In this document: positions 24,001 to 64,000 of the stretch, piece by piece
How positions within the stretch are numbered: position 1 is the first letter of the stretch
How the letters are laid out: every line of letters begins with the position of its first letter
Source: the human T2T-CHM13v2.0 reference genome, Homo sapiens
Assembly (NCBI RefSeq): GCF_009914755.1
Contig: NC_060943.1
Direction: 5' to 3' (one strand)
Length of the DNA: 64,000 bases
Notes under the pieces: generated by a model
Told to the model about the DNA's origin: nothing
Seen by the model: only the letters and a program-made list of their open reading frames with translations
Databases searched by the model: none
Position numbers and translations under genes: made by a program

Positions 24001-26400
24001 ATGGCCCTGCTGCTGTGCCTGGTGTGCCTGACGGCGGCGCTGGCCCACGGCTGTCTGCACTGCCACAGCAACTTCTCCAAGAAGTTCTCCTTCTACCGCC
24101 ACCATGTGAACTTCAAGTCCTGGTGGGTGGGCGACATCCCCGTGTCAGGGGCGCTGCTCACCGACTGGAGCGACGACACGATGAAGGAGCTGCACCTGGC
24201 CATCCCCGCCAAGATCAGTGAGTGCCGGAGCCCAGCCCAGTCCCGACTACCCCGCCAGCGAGACCCCGGGGCAGGCCGGTCACCTGGCTTCTCCTCCTGC
24301 CCGCAGCCCGGGAGAAGCTGGACCAAGTGGCGACAGCAGTGTACCAGATGATGGATCAGCTGTACCAGGGGAAGATGTACTTCCCCGGTAAGGGGCGCGA
24401 AACCGAGGCGGGGCCCCCCCACCCCGGGACACCCCGCCCACCGCCTGAGCCTGACCTTCTCCTGCCTCGACGACTCAGGGTATTTCCCCAACGAGCTGCG
24501 AAACATCTTCCGGGAGCAGGTGCACCTCATCCAGAACGCCATCATCGAAAGTGAGCAAATAAGGCTTCAGAGGAGGGAGGTGTTGCCCAGAGCCTCGGAG
24601 ACCCACGGGGCTTGGCTGAGGCTGGAGTGATGTGAACAGGGCACCTGGCACCAGGCAGCTGGGGAGGAGGGCAGCTCTCCAGGGAGGGACCCAGCCTAGC
24701 ACCTGAAGGATCAATGCCATCACCCCGCGGGGACCTCCCCTAAGTAGCCCCCAGAGGCGCTGGGAGTGTTGCCACCGCCCTCCCCTGAAGTTTGCTCCAT
24801 CTCACGCTGGGGGTCAACCTGGGGACCCCTTCCCTCCGGGCCATGGACACACATACATGAAAACCAGGTGAGCCTGGGCCCCAGTGCTGAGGGACAGGCC
24901 CTGAGGCTTTGGAGGGTTGGGAGGAGGCAGGACTGGGGACAAGGCTGGGCCTGGTAAGATGGCGCTGTCCTGCCCTCCCACAGGCCGCATCGACTGTCAG
25001 CACCGCTGTGGTAAGCAAGGCTCCGTCCAGGCTGAGGGGCGCGCCGGTGGCAGCTCGGGGCCCTGGAGGCCGAGGGGAGCCCTGGCGGCTCTTGTACGTG
25101 TTTCAGGCATCTTCCAGTACGAGACCATCTCCTGCAACAACTGCACAGACTCGCACGTCGCCTGCTTTGGCTATAACTGCGAGTAGGGCTCAGGCATCAC
25201 ACCCACCCGTGCCAGGGCCCTACTGTCCCTGGGGTCCCAGGCTCTCCTTGGAGGGGGCTCCCCGCCTTCCACCTGGCTGTCATCGGGTAGGGCGGGGCCG
25301 TGGGTTCAGGGGCGCACCACTTCCAAGCCTGTGTCCCACAGGTCCTCGGCGCAGTGGAAGTCAGCTGTCCAGGGCCTCCTGAACTACATGTGAGTGGGGT
25401 CTTTGGGTGGCAGCAAGCTCACCTGGGCCTGGGAGGGAACACTGGCCACGGCCACTCGGCCTCCTGAGTCCAAACCCACTGTCTTTGTAGAAATAACTGG
25501 CACAAGTAAGTCCCCTCCTCAAACCAACACAGGCAGTGTGTGTATGTGAGCACCTCGTGGGTGAGTATGTGTGGGGCACAGGCTGGCTCCCTCAGCTCCC
25601 ACGTCCTAGAGGGGCTCCCGAGGAGGTGGAACCTCAACCCAGCTCTGCGCAGGAGGCGGCTGCAGTCCTTTTCTCCCTCAAAGGTCTCCGACCCTCAGCT
25701 GGAGGCGGGCATCTTTCCTAAAGGGTCCCCATAGGGTCTGGTTCCACCCCATCCCAGGTCTGTGGTCAGAGCCTGGGAGGGTTCCCTACGATGGTTAGGG
25801 GTGCCCCATGGAGGGGCTGACTGCCCCACATTGCCTTTCAGACAGGACACGAGCATGAGGTAAGGCCGCCCTGACCTGGACTTCAGGGGGAGGGGGTAAA
25901 GGGAGAGAGGAGGGGGGCTAGGGGGTCCTCTAGATCAGTGGGGGCACTGCAGGTGGGGCTCTCCCTATACCTGGGACACCTGCTGGATGTCACCTCTGCA
26001 ACCACACCCATGTGGTGGTTTCATGAACAGACCACGCTCCTCTGCCTTCTCCTGGCCTGGGACACACAGAGCCACCCCGGCCTTGTGAGTGACCCAGAGA
26101 AGGGAGGCCTCGGGAGAAGGGGTGCTCGTAAGCCAACACCAGCGTGCCGCGGCCTGCACACCCTGCTGACATCCCAGGCACGAGGGTGTCGTGGATGTGG
26201 CCACACATAGGACCACACGTCCCAGCTGGGAGGAGAGGCCTGGGGCCCCCAGGGAGGGAGGCAGGGGGTGGGGGACATGGAGAGCTGAGGCAGCCTCGTC
26301 TCCCCGCAGCCTGGTATCGCCAGCCTTAAGGTGTCTGGAGCCCCCACACTTGGCCAACCTGACCTTGGAAGATGCTGCTGAGTGTCTCAAGCAGCACTGA
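24001..26400 (+). CDS. IZUMO4: IZUMO family member 4, 232 aa secreted sperm protein; exons 24001-24217, 24307-24387, 24479-24550, 24984-25010, 25107-25182, 25342-25389, 25491-25505, 25842-25859, 26031-26084, 26310-26400
   Basis: Signal peptide MALLLCLVCLTAALAHG followed by CLHC and an IZUMO-domain Cys pattern (CQHRC, CNNC). Exon lengths sum to 699 nt with the frame kept at every GT-AG junction; ends ...AAECLKQH*. Confidence 0.96.
24640..24867 (+). other. IZUMO4: IZUMO4 alternative exon with in-frame stop (RHLAPGSW...RGDLP*, TAA 24741-24743)
   Basis: Acceptor gaacAG|GG at 24639/24640 and strong donor CAG|GTGAGC at 24867/24868. I recall this C-terminus from a short cDNA isoform. Confidence 0.55.
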
Positions 26401-26617
26401 CAGCAGCTGGGCCTGCCTCAGGGCAACGTGGGGGCGGAGACTCAGCTGGACAGCCCCTGCCTGTCACTCTGGAGCTGGGCTGCTGCTGCCTCAGGACCCC
26501 CTCTCCGACCCCGGACAGAGCTGAGCTGGCCAGGGCCAGGAGGGCGGGAGGGAGGGAATGGGGGTGGGCTGTGCGCAGCATCAGCGCCTGGGCAGGTCCG
26601 CAGAGCTGCGGGATGTG

Positions 26618-26623
26618 ATTAAA
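26618..26623 (+). terminator. IZUMO4: IZUMO4 poly(A) signal ATTAAA
   Basis: ATTAAA ~220 nt after the stop, followed by a GT/T-rich downstream element. Confidence 0.8.
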
Positions 26624-28044
26624 GTCCCTGATGTTTCTCTTTGCAGAAGAGTTCTTGTTGGGGCAGGGGGAAGCCTCTAGGGGCTGGAGGTGGGCTTCTG
26701 GGGAGGCCTAAAGGTCCCAGACAGAGCAGGGCAGGTCCTGGCCTTGGGTCCACAGCCATGAGGGACCGACTTGGAGCCACACTCACAGGGCCTCAGGGAG
26801 TGTCCCCGGACTCCTAGGTGTGGGGCCGTGGCCCACCTGAGCACACATGGGTAGGCTCACACAAGCCCACAGAGCGCCTGGGTTCTTCCACCCAAAGCGA
26901 GGCCACAGTGTGGTTGAGACCAGGGCCAGCACTAGTGCGTTTAGGTGTTGCAGTCACTTACGTCAGACCCGAGCCAAGGAACGCAGGAACTATGGGCTGT
27001 CTCATCTGTGGCAGTGACAGGCGTGGCATCATGGCCAGAGTCGGGGCCACGACGGCCTGACTCTGGCTGATGGGGCCTGACACACAGGAGGGAGGGAGTC
27101 GTGTTCCATCTGTGCAGGGGCGCAGCTCCAAGTCCCATTCTCACTCGGGCGACCTCAGCCCGGCAGTCTCCTTGCTTCCTCGAGCGTCCCTTTGCTCCGG
27201 CATTGGGGCGGCTGCAGGACACCAGCAAGAACATCCTCGAGCACACTGTTGCTGCCACCATGGGTCCCACACACTGTCTTGTGGCCGCCTCAGGCTCCCG
27301 TCACGGGAGGGGTGCACGGGCACATTTGCTGAGGTCAGGAACGGCGTGTGGGAAGGTCACCGAGTGCCTCCCAGGCTCCCTGGGACATGGGAGCCACACG
27401 CATGTTGGGGGAGAATGTGGTAGTGGCCACTGGGGACAGTGTCAGGAGTGATGGCGCTGGGTCCTGGCTGTGAAGGATGCTGCTTTCGAGGCCGGCAAGC
27501 GTGTTTAGGTAACGGCAAAGAGGCTCGCGGCAGGTGCTTTCAAGGCATGGTTTTCTAGAAAGGATGCTGGTGTGGGCCGGGGCTGGGGTCCCGTCTGTGC
27601 TGCTCTGAGCCCCCTGACATCCAACGCCCGCCACCACGGCCGCGTCTTGGGTTAGAGTGGACAGGGGCTTCCCTTCACTGACCCAGCGTCACCTTGCTCG
27701 AGGCTCCCGTCTTCAAGGTGTAAGGCTGGTGTAAAGGAGGCAAATTCACCCAGGGGTGGGGTGGCTGCTCTTCCGCGGTTCTCAATTCTGGATCTGCCCC
27801 TGCCCCGGGGGCTCCTGGGGAAGGGGAGGGAAAGCAGGCACCTGCTCCCCTGCACGGCCTTGGGTGGAGATGCTGGGGACCGAGGCCACCACGGGGTGGG
27901 GGACTCCCTGGCCTGTGACTGCCCGAGCCCCAGGCCTGGATGGTGCTGGGGACCGAGGCCCCCTCCCAAGGGCCCGTGAGCTGAGGTGCAGAGGCTCCAG
28001 TCCTGCAGCGCTGCATGACCCAGGCCAGGCAGAAGACCCATGTG

Positions 28045-29227
28045 GAAATGCCTGTTTTACAACTTTATTGGATCATCTTGACACAAAATCATGACAGCAG
28101 CGTGATATGTCTCTCTCTTTATACGGGAATGTCGATAGCAAATAAATTCTTATGTAACACATCATACAATTTCAAATCCTGGAATCACTGCATGGGATTC
28201 TGTAATGGATTACATGCTAAAGTGACAGTTTTCATCAAAAGGAGAAGATAAAATGTCATTATCTCTGAAGAAGGGTCAGTCCTGTGCCCACGCTGGCCGT
28301 GGGGAGTGAGCGGAGTCTCCTTGCCCTGCCTGGTGGGGGCTCTGCCTGTGAGGTGGCTCTCACAGGTCCTGCCCAAGGGCACTGGGCACACTCCTTCAAC
28401 ACAGAACAGCCCAGGTCCGCTGCTTCCAGGCCCTGCCTGGGCCTTCCTAAGGGTGCTGGGAAGGATGTGGGGAAACCTTGGTGCGCATAGTGGCAAGCAG
28501 GGGATGCGGACCACCCCAAACCCAAGCCGAGATGCACTTCTGCTGACCAGGAAGACGGGTGGCAGAGAGGCCTCAACCCACCCCGTCCACGGTTCTGACT
28601 GCAACCTCTCTTTGGCGTCCCTGGCCCCGCCCTGCCCACAGCCTGGCTGGCGCGTGGCCTGGGATCCCAAGACCCAGTCACCAGCCCACGAGCACACTGA
28701 CAATGGACAACGCCTGGCAAGACCGCTTTCCCACTGTGGGTTCTGGGAGAGAAAACCTTGGCGACAGCGGCCCTTCCTTCCCCTCCCCCGGACGCAACCG
28801 TCAGGACCTTTGGGTCAAAAGCAGGCGACCCCAGAGGAGGCCACGTCAGCCCCGCCCTGTCCACCAAGTGCCCCTCACGTGGTGCCCATCAGGCCCTGGC
28901 CCAGGACAGGAGCCCCTGAAGCCACATTCAAGGACTCGGCCCCCAGCGCGGGGCAGGGCACAGACCCAGGTGGGGGAGTCCCTTGCTGGTTTGGGGGCGA
29001 GAAGGGGACTTCTTGCCAAAGAGAATGGGAAGAGTCACAGTAAAAAAGGATGGTCAGATAATTCAACGCAACAAATGACCTCGGATGTCTACACGGCGGA
29101 CAACATAGAGTTAAATTAACACTCAGGCTTGGGTACAGTACACACGACTGAGGAGAGGCGAGACACGTCAGGGCTGCGGTCCCTGGGTACGTGCTCCGCG
29201 GGGTGGTGCGGGGCTCGCAGGCAGCTC
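28045..29227 (-). other. AP3D1: AP3D1 3'UTR
   Basis: Between the stop (29230-29228) and the presumed cleavage site ~20 nt past AATAAA. Confidence 0.85.
28064..28069 (-). terminator. AP3D1: AP3D1 poly(A) signal AATAAA
   Basis: TTTATT on the + strand at the end of an AT-rich 3'UTR segment, ~1.16 kb past the stop. Confidence 0.85.
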
Positions 29228-59837
<30,610 letters not shown>

Positions 59838-60071
59838 CTGGAAAGTGAGAGAAAGGGGCCGTGGCCAGGATGCCCTGGGTGGCACATCCGACGCCTGGGT
59901 CACCAGGAGCAGCAGGAGCGAAATTCTCCCAGGATGCCCCAGGACTCGGCATATCCTCTTGGGGTGCAGCTGTGCCTTAGCACCCCTGCTGCTGAGGGGT
60001 CTGAAGCTGAACTCGGACAAGGAGGAAGAATTTACAGCCCATGGGAGACTCTGTCACCAAGAGAGGAGCCG

Positions 60072-60247
60072 GGATGGGCGCGGCTGGGAACAGTGAGGTC
60101 TGAGGCACAGGCTGAAACGCTCTGTGGGTGGGAATCAACCAAGTTTCTTGGCTCCTCCTGGATGGGCAGGGCTGGGGACAGAGAGGTCTGAGGCACAGGC
60201 TGAAGCACTCTGCGTGGGAATCAACCGAGTTTCCTGGCACCTCCTGG
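60072..60247. repeat. ~88-bp diverged tandem duplication
   Basis: Two copies of GGATGGGC..GGCTGGG.ACAG.GAGGTCTGAGGCACAGGCTGAA...GTGGGAATCAACC.AGTTTC.TGGC.CCTCCTGG. Confidence 0.85.
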
Positions 60248-60769
60248 GACAGAGGCGCCTGTCACAAGTCACTCCAAGTGTGGGGAAGGGCCACCCCGGG
60301 TGCAAGAGCAGAGCGTTCCAGGCCTAAAACCAGGGCTTCCCTCACGTATCACTGGCAGCTCCCAGCTTGCAGAGACGGCGGTGCTGGGCCTGGCACAGAA
60401 TGGGCAGGAAAGCCCCACAGGATGGGGTCCTCAGAGACCCTGCTCCCATTTGGGGTCCCTTTCCGCAACAACTGAGGGGAAGGGCCCAGGAACAGCTCCC
60501 ATGGGTCCCTCTCAAAGTTCAGCTGGCAGCTGCCCACGCCCTCCCATGAACTCTGCCCCAGCTCTTCACTCCCGCAGCTCTCACTAAAACAGGGAATCTG
60601 CCCCAGCTCCTGTGTCAGCACTTGGGGAAATAAATCCTCTCTTGATATCACAAACCTGCTCTTGGGGAGAGATCTTCTTAAGGAAACTCCCGAGACTTCA
60701 TCTATATATGCATCTACCAAGATCTGTTTTCAGGGTTAATATTCTGTGGTCAAAATATGACAAGGCCAG

Positions 60770-62936
<2,167 letters not shown>

Positions 62937-63197
62937 TCAGAGCCGCGCCCGACACACAGGGTCTAACAGCCCTGAGCACCTCGCAAGGCAGCGGCGGATC
63001 TAAGTCCCCAGTGAGGTGCTCACACAGGGACCGGCCGTGCCGAGCCCATCAGCAAGAGACACAAAGCTGGGCACGACACGTGGCCCTCCTTGCTGGGCAG
63101 CTGCCACCTGGGTACCTAGGGCGGCTGGAGCCCTCCACCCTCCTCCCTCCCAGTTACCACCTGCAAAACCCGCCCCCATCCTCCTCTTAGCGGGCCA

Positions 63198-63376
63198 GAC
63201 TCCCGCCCAGGCCCCACCTGCTACACGGCCACGACCCAAGGAGACTCCCGCCCAGGCCCCTCCCGCTACACGGCCACGACCCAAGAAGACTCCCGCCCAG
63301 GCCCCTCCCGCTACACGGCCACGACCCAAGAAGACTCCCGCCCAGGTCCCTCCTGCTACACGGCCATGACCCAAGA
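63198..63376. repeat. 45-bp tandem repeat, 4 copies, AP3D1 intron 4
   Basis: Unit GACTCCCGCCCAGGCCCCTCCCGCTACACGGCCACGACCCAAGAA. Confidence 0.93.
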
Positions 63377-64000
63377 GCCCCACGGCATCTAGGGCGCATG
63401 TCGCCCGCGGCCCAGGCGGGACGCCCAGCTCTATAACCTTGCCCACAACGGTGAGCCCAGCAGAGCCAACAGTCCCAGGACCTGCACCACACCCTGTGCC
63501 GGACATCAGTCACAGCCAGTGCCCCCACACCTGTCCCTCGGCGTGCTGGGAGCCCCCAGCCCAGGACTTCAGGTCACACTGTGGGGTCGACAACACAGCC
63601 ACAGGGTCCCGCCCTTGCACATGGACATTGGAGAGCCGGGACCGTGGCCTCTGACGTGCGGTCTGGGGCCAGAAAGGGGCCAGCTGCCCATGAAAAGGGT
63701 GGGCCTGATTCTCCAACACCCCAACCCCTCTATTGAGAGGCGGGAACCAAAGGTGTTCAGAGCTCGGGGCCAACAAGGACCTTTACTACTACCCAGTGGC
63801 CTCCGTGACCATTTCAAAATGCAACATTTACATGGTGCTGAAAAATGCACCTCGTGGGACTCAAAAAAAGCCGCGGGCAGGAAGCACCCCACATGGGCAG
63901 GGAAGGGCCCACAGCTACACCAGGCACTACCATGAGGGGAGAAGGGAAGAAAGTGGGTGACTGCAGAGGCCAGCTGCGAGTGGACCCTGGAGCCCCATTC

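Overview
Human-type genomic DNA, GC-rich and very Alu-dense, recognisable as the MOB3A–IZUMO4–AP3D1 locus (chr19p13.3, from recalled gene order). I reconstructed the spliced frames from splice signals. MOB3A (- strand) has 3 coding exons giving 217 aa plus 5'UTR exons, and its 3'UTR runs off the left edge. IZUMO4 (+ strand) has 10 exons giving 232 aa and is head-to-head with MOB3A on a shared CpG island. AP3D1 (- strand, AP-3 delta subunit) has exons 5-32 in the window, with exons 1-4 beyond the right edge. The rest is Alu, old L1, MER20/MER58/Tigger/MLT fragments, a solo MER9 (HERV-K HML-3) LTR and several minisatellites. Almost all long ORFs in the six-frame track are Alu- or VNTR-derived noise, and I found no convincing new gene or novel system. 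The best oddities are: a 187-bp inverted copy of neighbouring unique DNA inserted into an Alu; a minisatellite containing duplicated MOB3A exon-1 donors; a G-rich VNTR with higher-order structure next to the AP3D1 exon-8 donor; two GC-AG introns; tandem RE1/REST-like motifs on a branch point; and locally similar MER20 copies. Repeat family names, exon numbers and isoform identities come from memory, not from a search.
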